A DNA stretch of 64,000 nucleotides from positions 3,456,050 to 3,520,049 of the forward strand of contig CP070695.1 of NCBI GenBank assembly GCA_020353515.1, in the 5' to 3' direction. Position numbers and translations under genes: made by a program. Positions 29,458 through 39,512 of the stretch are shown here, one piece after another. This DNA is from Candidatus Heimdallarchaeota archaeon. Lineage in GTDB: Archaea; Asgardarchaeota; Heimdallarchaeia; Hodarchaeales; Hodarchaeaceae. Positions within the stretch are counted from its first letter, which is position 1, and each line of letters opens with the position of its first letter. A model generated the notes under the pieces. That model ran no database searches. It had not been told where the DNA came from and worked only from the letters and a program-made list of their open reading frames with translations.

Positions 29458-29856
29458 TCCGCACGAAAATTTACGCGCTTAGAATCAAATTATAAACGTT
29501 TCGCATATTACTCATAAATTCTGACTGGTTAGAAAAGATGAAATATTCATGATAAATTTTTATTCATAATCTGACGTAACCCGATTGGAATGTTTCTTAT
29601 TTAATAGAAATCTTAACTATTTCAAACATATCGCTTGAAAAATCTTCCCTATCACCTCTTGATTATCAGATAAATGGTAGGCAAAATTATAATTAATATA
29701 TCATATAATTTTCTTTTCACTACTTTTGATTAGCTTAAGATATATATTCGAAAAATTAATAATTAGTTTGATATCAGAGTGTTGATCGTATTTCTTGTTG
29801 GAATTCATAGAACAAACGAATATGATTAACAAGTTATTAAATCAGATGGTGTAAAC

Positions 29857-30867
29857 ATGGTAAGATTCTTTTTCTGTACAGATATACATGGTTCCGAAGC
29901 AGTTTGGAGAAAATTCTTGAATACTGCAAAATATCTCAAAGTAGATACATTAATTATGGGTGGGGATATTACTGGTAAGAGAATTGTACCAATAATTCAA
30001 CAACCAGATGGAACATGGAAAGGGAGTATTTATGGTGTCGATGATCAGCAAGTAGGAATGAGAACCGAAGAAGAGCTTTTGGATTTTGAAAGAAGAGCAA
30101 GATTTGCTGGTTGCTATACTCATCGCTTAACCCCTGAAGAAGACGCAATATTATCATCCTCAGATTCTATCTCTGAGGATAACAAAATGATCAAAGGAGG
30201 AGCTCTCGACCAATTATTTGACAAGGTTGAAGCTGAAGGTCTTCAGCTCTGGATTGATATGATCGATGATGTTATGAATGATGGTGAGAAACGGGTACCA
30301 GAGGGAACAAAAATTATTATTTGTCCTGGAAATGACGATAAATTTGCTATTGATGAAATTATAGAAAAAGATCCACGAGTTATCTTCGGAGAAGGAGCTA
30401 AAGTTGATCTTGATGATGATCACGAAATGATATCCTATGGATGGACAAACCCTACTCCTTGGCATACCTATAGGGAGTGTGATGATGAAACAATAGGGAA
30501 AAAGATTGAAGAATTAATCTCACTCATTGATAATATGAATAATGCTGTTTTTTGTTTTCATTGTCCCCCACATGATTCAATTATTGATGAAGCTCCATTG
30601 CTAAATGAAGATCTTACTTATGTTGGGTATAGTGGTGGAGAACCGATTAGAGGACCTGTAGGTTGTAAAGCCGTTAGATCAGCTATCGAAAAATATCAAC
30701 CTCTTATGGGTCTCTTTGGGCATATTCACGAGTCTGCTGGAAGTATGAAAATCGGAAGAACATACTGTTTAAATCCTGGGAGTGAATATACGGAAGCTAT
30801 TCTCAAAGGATTCTTAGTAGAGCTCAAGAAAGGTAAGATAAAGAGAATGCAGAGAGTAGAATCCTAA
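29857..30867 (+). CDS. Icc-like metallophosphoesterase (calcineurin-like fold)
   Basis: TDIHGS, GGDITGK, PGNDD, FHCPP, GHIHES, NPGSEY. Confidence 0.9.
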   Translation: MVRFFFCTDIHGSEAVWRKFLNTAKYLKVDTLIMGGDITGKRIVPIIQQPDGTWKGSIYGVDDQQVGMRTEEELLDFERRARFAGCYTHRLTPEEDAILSSSDSISEDNKMIKGGALDQLFDKVEAEGLQLWIDMIDDVMNDGEKRVPEGTKIIICPGNDDKFAIDEIIEKDPRVIFGEGAKVDLDDDHEMISYGWTNPTPWHTYRECDDETIGKKIEELISLIDNMNNAVFCFHCPPHDSIIDEAPLLNEDLTYVGYSGGEPIRGPVGCKAVRSAIEKYQPLMGLFGHIHESAGSMKIGRTYCLNPGSEYTEAILKGFLVELKKGKIKRMQRVES

Positions 30868-31033
30868 CATCATTCTTCATTAAATGAACTATAAAGTATT
30901 TAGAGGAAAATACTTAAAGTAGGATTTAGTGATAGACAAGAGTTAGAAATCATCATCCATATCACTAAAAAAACCTTATAAGTATTTACATCTCTCAACA
31001 CTAATGGTATAAAATGAAAAGAAGGAGAAAAAC

Positions 31034-31894
31034 ATGGACAACTCAATGAAAGCGCACAACGATTCTTTGATGAAAAATGGCTATGAAATATTGCAGCAAT
31101 GCAAAGAAAAATCAATTCCATGTTTTCTTTGGGGTGGTGGTGCAATCTATCACCTACTTGGGGGAAGATTGGATTATCGAATAATGAGTGATTTAGAATT
31201 CTTTATTCCTAAAAAAGCTGATAAAGCGATGCAGAAAGTCCTAACGGAGATGGATTTTTATCCAAATAGACCTTTCAATATGATGCAGAATATGTCAAGG
31301 ACACCAAGAAGAGAGTTTTATCGTCCTAATCGTGAGCTTTCGAAATCAGAAATTGAAGAGTTGACACAAGGTCGGAAAAATAACATTGAAGAGGTTGAAT
31401 ACCAGAAAATAGAATTGTTTGTTGATGGTATTCGAATGTGTTGGACTTTTAAATTTTCTGAACTACCACCAAGTTACTCTGAAACTTTAATTTGCCCGCC
31501 AGGGTTCCAAATAGCGCTTAAAGCAAATGCTATCCATCCTGATGATTTCGACTTAAAGGATATCCAAGACATTTCTAGTATATTGAACGCAAATGGTCAG
31601 ATCGGTCCAAAAGACTCAATCTTTTCTGAACCAAAGTTGGATCCTCATCTAGGCTTTTCTATCGGTACAGAAATTTTCGGGCTTTTAGCAAAATCTAAAT
31701 CGCAATTTCCTTCAACTATGATCAGGAATTTTCAAGAAACTTTGAAATATACTGGGCCTATTTGTTGTAATGAGGATGGAAAAGGCAAATTAGCAAAAAT
31801 CGTTGAATTTTTACAACCTCTTGATTCAAAAAAAGGATTCTTAGCAAAAGTAAGAATGGAAAAACCTGAACGAGTAGATGCGCGCCATATCTGA
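31034..31894 (+). CDS. Pol-beta-fold nucleotidyltransferase-like protein
   Basis: LWGGGAI..., SDLEF (DxD variant), IELFVD, LK, KDIQDI; divergent paralogue of 31957..32865. Confidence 0.65.
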   Translation: MDNSMKAHNDSLMKNGYEILQQCKEKSIPCFLWGGGAIYHLLGGRLDYRIMSDLEFFIPKKADKAMQKVLTEMDFYPNRPFNMMQNMSRTPRREFYRPNRELSKSEIEELTQGRKNNIEEVEYQKIELFVDGIRMCWTFKFSELPPSYSETLICPPGFQIALKANAIHPDDFDLKDIQDISSILNANGQIGPKDSIFSEPKLDPHLGFSIGTEIFGLLAKSKSQFPSTMIRNFQETLKYTGPICCNEDGKGKLAKIVEFLQPLDSKKGFLAKVRMEKPERVDARHI

Positions 31895-31956
31895 TTAAAA
31901 AGATAAGATTTTCCATTAAAGATATCGAATGGAAAATATTTCAGCATAAAAAGGAA

Positions 31957-32865
31957 TTAATCTTTGGGTTTTTCAAGGAGATGCTTTCCACTAAAGATTC
32001 CAAACTCACCAACTGAGGTTGTTGTTTCTACAGGTCTATACCATCTTTTTGCTGCTCCAACTTTGGCTCTAGCACGCCAACCACGGTTCTTGGGAATATT
32101 TTCAAAGTAATTTAGCATTTCATCTATCTTTGTTCCTATGTCATCTCGTTGCTCATCTGAAAGCTCAGTAAATTCTGGTAAAACATTCTTTATATTAGTT
32201 AGATTTGTGGTTGCTGTGTGATAAAAACCCCAGGCATACCCTCCTTTTCGAAAATACTCGTCACCTATATGTTTAATATTTATTGTTTCTGGTGTATCAT
32301 CATAACCAATCTTATGCGCCAGTAATAACATTATTGTATCAGCGACATCTTTATAATTCATGAAAACTATCTGAGTTTTTCCTAAGAGAAGCTCTGCTGG
32401 AGGAAGAGTTGGGGAGTCTAATTTTAATCGCTTAAGATCTAATTCTATATCATGATTAAATTTTATTTTACCATAGAAACAATCAACAAACCACCAATTT
32501 TTTGGATGAAGGTAAATTTTTCGTTGACTAGTAGCCATTGACAATGTTGTCTTTCTTTTGAAATAACCCATTTTCGCCATGAATTTATCCATTTTACCTC
32601 TATGTTTCATAGCGATTGCTCCATCAATATCTGTAATTTCGCTCACATTTTCACCCAATCGCTTCAATCGTACATATAAATCTTCCAAATTATGTGGTTG
32701 ACAATGAAGACGAATCGCTAAACCACCTACTAATCGAAAATGAACGCCAATCTCTTCAGCCTGTGTGACTAGTTTTGTTGCTTCTTCAATAAATACGTTT
32801 AGAGGAATAATTCCTCCCCATTCTTCAGGTAAATCAATAGGGACACCTTCTTTCTCTTGTAACAA
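31957..32865 (-). CDS. Pol-beta-fold nucleotidyltransferase-like protein
   Basis: RLVGGLAI.LH, TDID, VDCF, ELLLGK.QIV..NYKDVAD; TTG start with GGAGG RBS. Confidence 0.75.
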   Translation of the reverse strand: MLQEKEGVPIDLPEEWGGIIPLNVFIEEATKLVTQAEEIGVHFRLVGGLAIRLHCQPHNLEDLYVRLKRLGENVSEITDIDGAIAMKHRGKMDKFMAKMGYFKRKTTLSMATSQRKIYLHPKNWWFVDCFYGKIKFNHDIELDLKRLKLDSPTLPPAELLLGKTQIVFMNYKDVADTIMLLLAHKIGYDDTPETINIKHIGDEYFRKGGYAWGFYHTATTNLTNIKNVLPEFTELSDEQRDDIGTKIDEMLNYFENIPKNRGWRARAKVGAAKRWYRPVETTTSVGEFGIFSGKHLLEKPKD

Positions 32866-33021
32866 GTTTATTTTCCTCCTAATTCAAATCATCAATAATG
32901 AATTCAATCTTGACTTAATAAATTGTTCGAGCTACTTCTCACAATATAAGAATTCTAATGATAAATGTCAAAGTTCTTCGATTTCTATTAAAAACACAAA
33001 TCGTCGTTATATCTTGAAGTA

Positions 33022-34770
33022 TCAAATTATTTCTCCTTGAACAACTTTCTTTTCGTTTGGAGTAATAATATAAAGTGAAAAAACACCCTCATCTATACAT
33101 TTTTTTAATAATTGAATTTCCTTATGAATAGTGATAATTTGATTAAAATATTGAGAAATTTTTGCTTCTGAAGTTGAATCTAGAAGATTTTCACACCAAT
33201 CATTACCTTCTCTTAAATGTCTATAAAACCATCTAAAATTTTGAAATTTCATCTCTCGTGGATATTTAAATTTGATATTGTTATCCAGTAATAATTTGCT
33301 TATTTTATCCTTTAATTCTTCGCTTTTATCCTGAAACCTATGGTAAATCTTCCCCAAGGTAAATAATTTATCTATATCTGATTGAAATTCCATCTCTCTA
33401 ATAATTTTTTCATATTCATTGAATTGAAGAAGTTTGGACAATTTATTACGATATTCTATGCTCCCTGTATCAGAATCAGAGATTAGGGGAATTCGAATTA
33501 AACTAACGTAAGCTTTATCAAAATCCTTACTTGTTACAAATTGTTTTGTATAAACAGCATGACGTAGCCACCATTCAATAAATGACGATTGCAATAGACC
33601 AGCAATAGCATTTAAAGATAAAATTTCCTCTGAATAATTTGGAATGATATTGATTACCGTTTCAAATGTTAGAACGACTCCTTCCCGATCTACCCAAGTT
33701 TTTATGTCTAAAGAATGTTTTGGTTTCGTGTGGTATGAAATTATTCTCTGAGCAATAATTTTGGGGGTTTTCTGTCTCATAAATCTCTTTCTCGGGGTAT
33801 TCAGCTTTAAAAAACTACGAGGGGGTAATAAAAATCCTGGAGCTATATTTACTTTCTCTATTAGAGGATTAAATCCTTTTTCTACTCGATATTTGCTGGT
33901 TAATCCTCGGAAAGCGACCACATCTAAAAATTCATACTTATCACTGTAAAGACGATGAATAATCTTTAATTCTGGATCACTTACTCCCACCAGAAAGTTA
34001 TCTACCATTAAAGCCTCTGAATATGATATGGTACTCATCTGACCAAAATTTTTTTCAATTGGATTCCAAATTCCAGTTTGATATTCTTGATTTTTTGAAT
34101 CTACAATTCCTTTTTTTATAATTATTGCACATTGTTCTTGTAATTGACCAGAGAATTGATTCCCAAGATCAAGAACTTCAACTAACTGATATTCGGTTAA
34201 AAGAATTTTCCTAAACTCACTCCATCTTTTTGAATAAATAATAGGTTTTGGCAAGAGAAAACAGAGGATACCATCTGGTCTTAATAGATTAAGTGATTGT
34301 AATGTAAAAAATACTGAACTTTCAGAATAAATTAGAGAATTATTACCAAAATGGCAGTTTTTTCGAATTCGGATCCATTCGAGTTGTGAATAGAGAGCGT
34401 TATGAGGGGGATTACCAATAATTATATCGAAATTATTCGGTAAGTCTGAAGGAAAATTTAGAAGAAAATCACCCTGAAAAATCTTAATTTTGTAAGAAGC
34501 CTTTTCAACTAATTGAGTTAATTCCTTTTTAGCTATCTTAATCAGAGATGCATCGATGTCAATTCCGTAAAAATTTGTATTTGAAACAAATGAGGAAATC
34601 TGTGGAATCAATGTATAAAAAAAAACTCCCTTACCGATTGCTGGATCTAATACAGATATCTGTCTTGATTTGTTTTGGGGAATTAGATGTATAATTCGTT
34701 CTAAAATTGCTTGTACTAAGGTTTTAGGAGTAAAAAATTGTCCTTTTGATTTCCTTTGTAGATCTTGAAT
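33022..34770 (-). CDS. Eco57I/TaqI-like DNA amino-methyltransferase (NPPH variant)
   Basis: In-frame extension above TTG 34611 encodes RKSKGQFFTP and VLDPAIGKGVF; motif IV reads IIGNPPH; probable ATT start at 34770. Confidence 0.8.
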   Translation of the reverse strand: MQDLQRKSKGQFFTPKTLVQAILERIIHLIPQNKSRQISVLDPAIGKGVFFYTLIPQISSFVSNTNFYGIDIDASLIKIAKKELTQLVEKASYKIKIFQGDFLLNFPSDLPNNFDIIIGNPPHNALYSQLEWIRIRKNCHFGNNSLIYSESSVFFTLQSLNLLRPDGILCFLLPKPIIYSKRWSEFRKILLTEYQLVEVLDLGNQFSGQLQEQCAIIIKKGIVDSKNQEYQTGIWNPIEKNFGQMSTISYSEALMVDNFLVGVSDPELKIIHRLYSDKYEFLDVVAFRGLTSKYRVEKGFNPLIEKVNIAPGFLLPPRSFLKLNTPRKRFMRQKTPKIIAQRIISYHTKPKHSLDIKTWVDREGVVLTFETVINIIPNYSEEILSLNAIAGLLQSSFIEWWLRHAVYTKQFVTSKDFDKAYVSLIRIPLISDSDTGSIEYRNKLSKLLQFNEYEKIIREMEFQSDIDKLFTLGKIYHRFQDKSEELKDKISKLLLDNNIKFKYPREMKFQNFRWFYRHLREGNDWCENLLDSTSEAKISQYFNQIITIHKEIQLLKKCIDEGVFSLYIITPNEKKVVQGEII

Positions 34771-34784
34771 TTTTTTCCCAACCT

Positions 34785-36743
34785 CTAAATCTCTAGCTCC
34801 TCCAACTGTCTTTGAAGAGCGTAAGCTGTATATGTTTTCCCCGTAAGAACATTCCCACTTATGATTATGAAACGATGATCATTATGACGTATTAAATTTA
34901 CAATATCCTGAATTTTTGTGTTAAAATTCGGTTGACGTGATGAGATTCGAATTAAATCATATTCTTTAGGTGTTGATAGAGCTTTTGGATAAGTCTGAAG
35001 TAAATCCTGATAGCGTCGAAAAATGGAAAGATCAGCATCACTCTTTTTAATAGATGACTTCTCTTGGTCACGAGCGTATAAGTTAAGCTTAACCTCGTCC
35101 TCTGTGGCATTCATATTAATGTATAATGGCCGATATTTTCTAAATTTATCGCCTAATGACTCTCTGTGATTTGGATGAGCAGGCATATTAAAATTTGTAC
35201 CATCAAAAATCACAATGAAATTTTTTCGAAGAAGACAAAGAACAAGCCATTTAGCCAAAGAGTAAGTATGTTCATTCTCCCATCTTATATACTCTGGTGA
35301 ACCATTACGATATAGTTTTCTGATGTGATCTGTTGAAACTACACGTACTTTTCGTGTGATGCGCGTTGTGCATTGAGATAATATTCTTTTTAGATTGTCA
35401 AAGATAGGGAAGAGAGTGCGTTTTTGGTTGATTTGAGGATTAATTTCGACTCTTTCACGAAGAATTTCCAAACAAAATCCAATAAACTCTCTTTGAGAAG
35501 CATACTTCTTATTTATCTCTAGATATTGAATAATATCATCACCATTCACTACAAGAGTGTCTAGTTCGATGGGAGGGTGTATCTTAGCTCTTTCTAGAAT
35601 ATCTGATTTGAGTTCCTTTGTTAATCGTTTTCCTTTACGTACTACTTTTTCTTTAGCTTCATAAAACATTATGTAATCGGATAAATAATCTGGTTTGATT
35701 GAATGTTGAAATTTTCTTATAGAATAATTTCTATCTTCAGTTTTTTCCATTATAGAATAAGGAAGAGGAAGTAAGTGTATTGATAAGATATGTGTTACAT
35801 TTGTTATTTCTTTATTAGAAAATTTCATTCGTTTCATAAGCTCTTGAATGCAGACTTCTTGGAATGGAGGGAAAATTTTCTTTGATGTTTTCTCTAATAT
35901 AGGTAATTGATGAATCAATGTAGCGAAGCGTAATCTAGGTGAGGATTCCTTTGGAAGTTTAGAAATGATTTTCATGGTTAGCTTTATTCTGTTTGTCTTG
36001 AGTTCAGGAAGAATATTTTGGAATTCATCAAAACTGAATTCAGGAATTAGTTGATATAATAACCCACTTTCTTCTAATAGCAAGATAGATTTCTGAAAAA
36101 AAGCTCCGTGTAATAATTTCTGAAATTCTGTGTGTATTCGCTCCTTAGCTACCTTTTCAAACACTTCAAAATGGTGAGGAATTGCATTAAGGGTTTTCTG
36201 CTCAATATCAAATCCTAGTTGGGACACAAATCTAAAAATTCTGAGCAAACGGAGTCCATCTTCCTGTAAACGGTCATGTGGATCGCATACCATTCTAATG
36301 GTTTTTGTTTTTATATCATCAATACCATTAAAGGGGTCTGAAATTACACCACTAATAGGATCATATGCAATAGCATTTATTGTGAGATCACGTCGAGATA
36401 AATCTTCAATGATATCTTTCACAAAATGAACCTCTACAGGTCTTCGGCCATCTATATAATCTCCTTCCTTTCTAAAAGTCGTTACTTCAATTGCTATATC
36501 ATTATATAGGATAGTGACCGTTCCATGTATAATTCCTGTAGGTATAACGCGAAAATTTTTATTAAAAAGATTGGTTACTTCAGAAGGTCTGGCATCCGTT
36601 GCTATATCCCAATCTTCGGGGGTAATATCCCCCTGAATTATGTCACGAATGGATCCACCAACAATAAAAGCTTGGAATCCATGGTTAGTTAGTATTTGGC
36701 AAACGTTGATTATTTCTTTTGGTAAACGATCCTTTACCAACAT
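34785..36743 (-). CDS. cca: Class II CCA tRNA nucleotidyltransferase with a C-terminal P-loop kinase-like domain
   Basis: FIVGGSIRD, DWDIAT, EVTTFR, DLSRRDLTINAIA, EDGLR.LR..RF; C-terminal STDHIR, VIFDGTN and terminal GNVLTGKT. Confidence 0.88.
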   Translation of the reverse strand: MLVKDRLPKEIINVCQILTNHGFQAFIVGGSIRDIIQGDITPEDWDIATDARPSEVTNLFNKNFRVIPTGIIHGTVTILYNDIAIEVTTFRKEGDYIDGRRPVEVHFVKDIIEDLSRRDLTINAIAYDPISGVISDPFNGIDDIKTKTIRMVCDPHDRLQEDGLRLLRIFRFVSQLGFDIEQKTLNAIPHHFEVFEKVAKERIHTEFQKLLHGAFFQKSILLLEESGLLYQLIPEFSFDEFQNILPELKTNRIKLTMKIISKLPKESSPRLRFATLIHQLPILEKTSKKIFPPFQEVCIQELMKRMKFSNKEITNVTHILSIHLLPLPYSIMEKTEDRNYSIRKFQHSIKPDYLSDYIMFYEAKEKVVRKGKRLTKELKSDILERAKIHPPIELDTLVVNGDDIIQYLEINKKYASQREFIGFCLEILRERVEINPQINQKRTLFPIFDNLKRILSQCTTRITRKVRVVSTDHIRKLYRNGSPEYIRWENEHTYSLAKWLVLCLLRKNFIVIFDGTNFNMPAHPNHRESLGDKFRKYRPLYINMNATEDEVKLNLYARDQEKSSIKKSDADLSIFRRYQDLLQTYPKALSTPKEYDLIRISSRQPNFNTKIQDIVNLIRHNDHRFIIISGNVLTGKTYTAYALQRQLEELEI

Positions 36744-36895
36744 TTAAAGAAACCCGACCAGGATTTTTTTTGTAAAAGGTCTTTTTAGATATTTTTAGTA
36801 AAAAGTTTTTAACAATTAGTAAGAAGTACTAATTATCTATAGAGTATATTACGAGTATAAAATCATCTAAAGAAGAATAACTTGAGTCAGCAGGT

Positions 36896-39484
36896 ATGAA
36901 CCAGTTATATTCTAGTTTGAAGCCATATTATGAAAAATTTCTTATCAGGGGTAAATCTTATGGATTATCCTCTCATGAAATTCATGAAATGGCGCTAAAC
37001 CTGTTTATAAAACTTCTGGGTGTTATTATTCTCATATCATGTAATGGTAAGACTGAGGAAAACGGGAACTCTTTGATCAATTTACAAAAAACTAGAAAGT
37101 CAATTCATGAAATCTTATTTCAAAATGATTTACTAACTTCACAACTATTCCCAAATGGAATTCCTCCTATTTTGAATGAATTGCTTGAATTATCTCATCA
37201 AGAGATCCAATTCAAGGATTCTTTATCACCTAAAGAATGGGATACACTCATCGAGCTACTGTTAAAGCAACAATGGACTTTTGCTGAAGATTTTGATGAT
37301 ATTGTGAAAGAAACTCCAAATTCTCCAGGATTTTTATCATATTTTTATGAAAATGTTCTAAATGATTTTGAGAATTTTTTTCGTTTAACTCCTAAAATTT
37401 CTAAAAGGAAACATAAAGGGGTCTTTTATACTCCATGGCGAATAATTCGTGAAATTACTGATAAATGTCTCGATCACCATGTTACAATTAACTCTCATTC
37501 AAAAACAACCAAGAAACTAAGTCTGAAAATATTGGATCCGAGTTGCGGGACTGGTTCTTTTCTTGTCTACACTGCTGAAAGTATTTTTCGACGTCTATGT
37601 AATAGGAAAGAATCGTACAAAATTCATCCACATATGATTGTAAATAGAAATATATATGGTATTGATCTTTCTCAAAGCAGTTTAACTGTTGCCAAATTCC
37701 GACTATTATTTTGGATCCTAAATTTAAATTTAAATTCTATTGATTCACTTCCCACATGGTTGTTTAGAAATATTTGTGTTGGTAACAGTCTATTTGGTCT
37801 TTATAAAGAAAGAATTCAATATCCTTTGGATTATTCAACAGCTTTGAAGCGAATTAATAGATTTCTAGATTTTAAAAAACAACAGGACTTGGTTTTGAAA
37901 GAGAATTGGCTAGAGACAAGTTTTCAGGTAAAAGAGGCAAGAAAAAAGCCTCATTTAAAGAATTCACACCAAAAAGCAATTCAGAGAGCAGAGAAAAATC
38001 TTCTGCGTCTTGTAAATACTTTTTATCAGAATTGGTTGAGAAAACGCCTATATAACTATCCACGTCCAGCACCAATAAAAATGAAAGATTTAGAAATAGT
38101 TACTCCATTCCATTGGAGCATAGCTTTTCCTGAAGTGGTTCTTAAAGGTGGGTTTGATGTAGTAATAGGAAATCCTCCCTATGGAAGGTCAATTCTTAAC
38201 AAAATTGAGAAATCCATGCTTAAATTAATATATAAAGCATGTTCAGGTAAGAATCCAAAAAAATATAGCCTAAATGCCGCTAGTGCTTTCATTGAAAGGT
38301 CAATTACTGTTTTAAAACAAAACGGAACACTTGGTTTGATTGTGCCTTTTTCCATTCTGCGAGTTGAGGAATTCGAAACACTTCGGGAATTCATGTTAGA
38401 AAGAACTATGATCTGGAAAATTAATGATGAATCAGCAGCGTTCGCTGATGTTACTCTGGAAATGTGTTCCATATTCTTGACTAAAAGAGTTGAATCTGAT
38501 TATGAAGTTTCCATAAGTCCTCGACCGAATATTCATGCAGAATCGGCCGTTCCGATTAGTATTTTTAAAAAATATAATCGTTTCATGATCTATTATAACA
38601 AGTTATGGGACAAAACTGTAGGTCAAGGATTAGTCCTAGATGGTGTTGTTAGTGGTGATTACGGAATTGATCATCGAATTCTAAAAAAAGATTTGAGTTC
38701 AGAATTTTCTGATAAATATCCAATATGTTATTTACACTCAGGACGGAGTGTTGCAAAATTCGCATTAAATCCTAAATATTTTCAATGGTCAAAACCTCAT
38801 CCTACAAATGAGAGATTTTCTATTTATTTTCGAGAACCTCGACTTGTTAACACTGCTATTGGTAATCGATTCCGGGTTGCTTATAAACCAGAAAAAATTG
38901 TACCTGGTACTAATGTTTCAATTCTAGAAATTAATCCTTCATACCACTATTTCCCCATGTTAATTTTATTAAACTCTGATCTCATTAATTATCTTTTAAA
39001 GAGATATATTCTCAATTTTAGTCATTTAACGGTTTACCTTCACAAATATTATACTAAATTGATTCCTATCAAGTATCCACATGATTTTGAACAAGAATTT
39101 TCAACACTTGCTAGTTATCTCCTTTTTCTGAATCAGGCATACCTTTGTGGAAAACTAGCTCAGGATAAGCGAACAGATTATTTACTTAATTTAGCGAATT
39201 ATTTAGTTTATGATTTGTATTTTCCAGAAATTTTAGGGATTTCATCAAATTTAGCTGTTAATGTGGGAAAATACTTGAAATCTATAGATATAGAGTCCTT
39301 TCTGGATCTGATACTTTTTCAGGAATCTGAAACCGATCGGGAACGCTTATCATTAGTCATTTCTTCCAATTGGCAGATTATACAAAAGGTTACTAATCAA
39401 TTACGAAGAGATGAAGAAATACGTAAGCACAAAAAGACAATATTTAACCACAAAATTGTAAGACGTATATCTAAAGAGCTCTAA
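36896..39484 (+). CDS. Eco57I/TaqI-like DNA amino-methyltransferase, large
   Basis: RKHKGVFYTP, ILDPSCGTGSFL, NIYGID, FHWSIAFPEV, GGFDVVIGNPPY, LILLNS. Confidence 0.9.
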   Translation: MNQLYSSLKPYYEKFLIRGKSYGLSSHEIHEMALNLFIKLLGVIILISCNGKTEENGNSLINLQKTRKSIHEILFQNDLLTSQLFPNGIPPILNELLELSHQEIQFKDSLSPKEWDTLIELLLKQQWTFAEDFDDIVKETPNSPGFLSYFYENVLNDFENFFRLTPKISKRKHKGVFYTPWRIIREITDKCLDHHVTINSHSKTTKKLSLKILDPSCGTGSFLVYTAESIFRRLCNRKESYKIHPHMIVNRNIYGIDLSQSSLTVAKFRLLFWILNLNLNSIDSLPTWLFRNICVGNSLFGLYKERIQYPLDYSTALKRINRFLDFKKQQDLVLKENWLETSFQVKEARKKPHLKNSHQKAIQRAEKNLLRLVNTFYQNWLRKRLYNYPRPAPIKMKDLEIVTPFHWSIAFPEVVLKGGFDVVIGNPPYGRSILNKIEKSMLKLIYKACSGKNPKKYSLNAASAFIERSITVLKQNGTLGLIVPFSILRVEEFETLREFMLERTMIWKINDESAAFADVTLEMCSIFLTKRVESDYEVSISPRPNIHAESAVPISIFKKYNRFMIYYNKLWDKTVGQGLVLDGVVSGDYGIDHRILKKDLSSEFSDKYPICYLHSGRSVAKFALNPKYFQWSKPHPTNERFSIYFREPRLVNTAIGNRFRVAYKPEKIVPGTNVSILEINPSYHYFPMLILLNSDLINYLLKRYILNFSHLTVYLHKYYTKLIPIKYPHDFEQEFSTLASYLLFLNQAYLCGKLAQDKRTDYLLNLANYLVYDLYFPEILGISSNLAVNVGKYLKSIDIESFLDLILFQESETDRERLSLVISSNWQIIQKVTNQLRRDEEIRKHKKTIFNHKIVRRISKEL

Positions 39485-39512
39485 TCAGACAATTACTTAC
39501 TAAGTGATCGAA

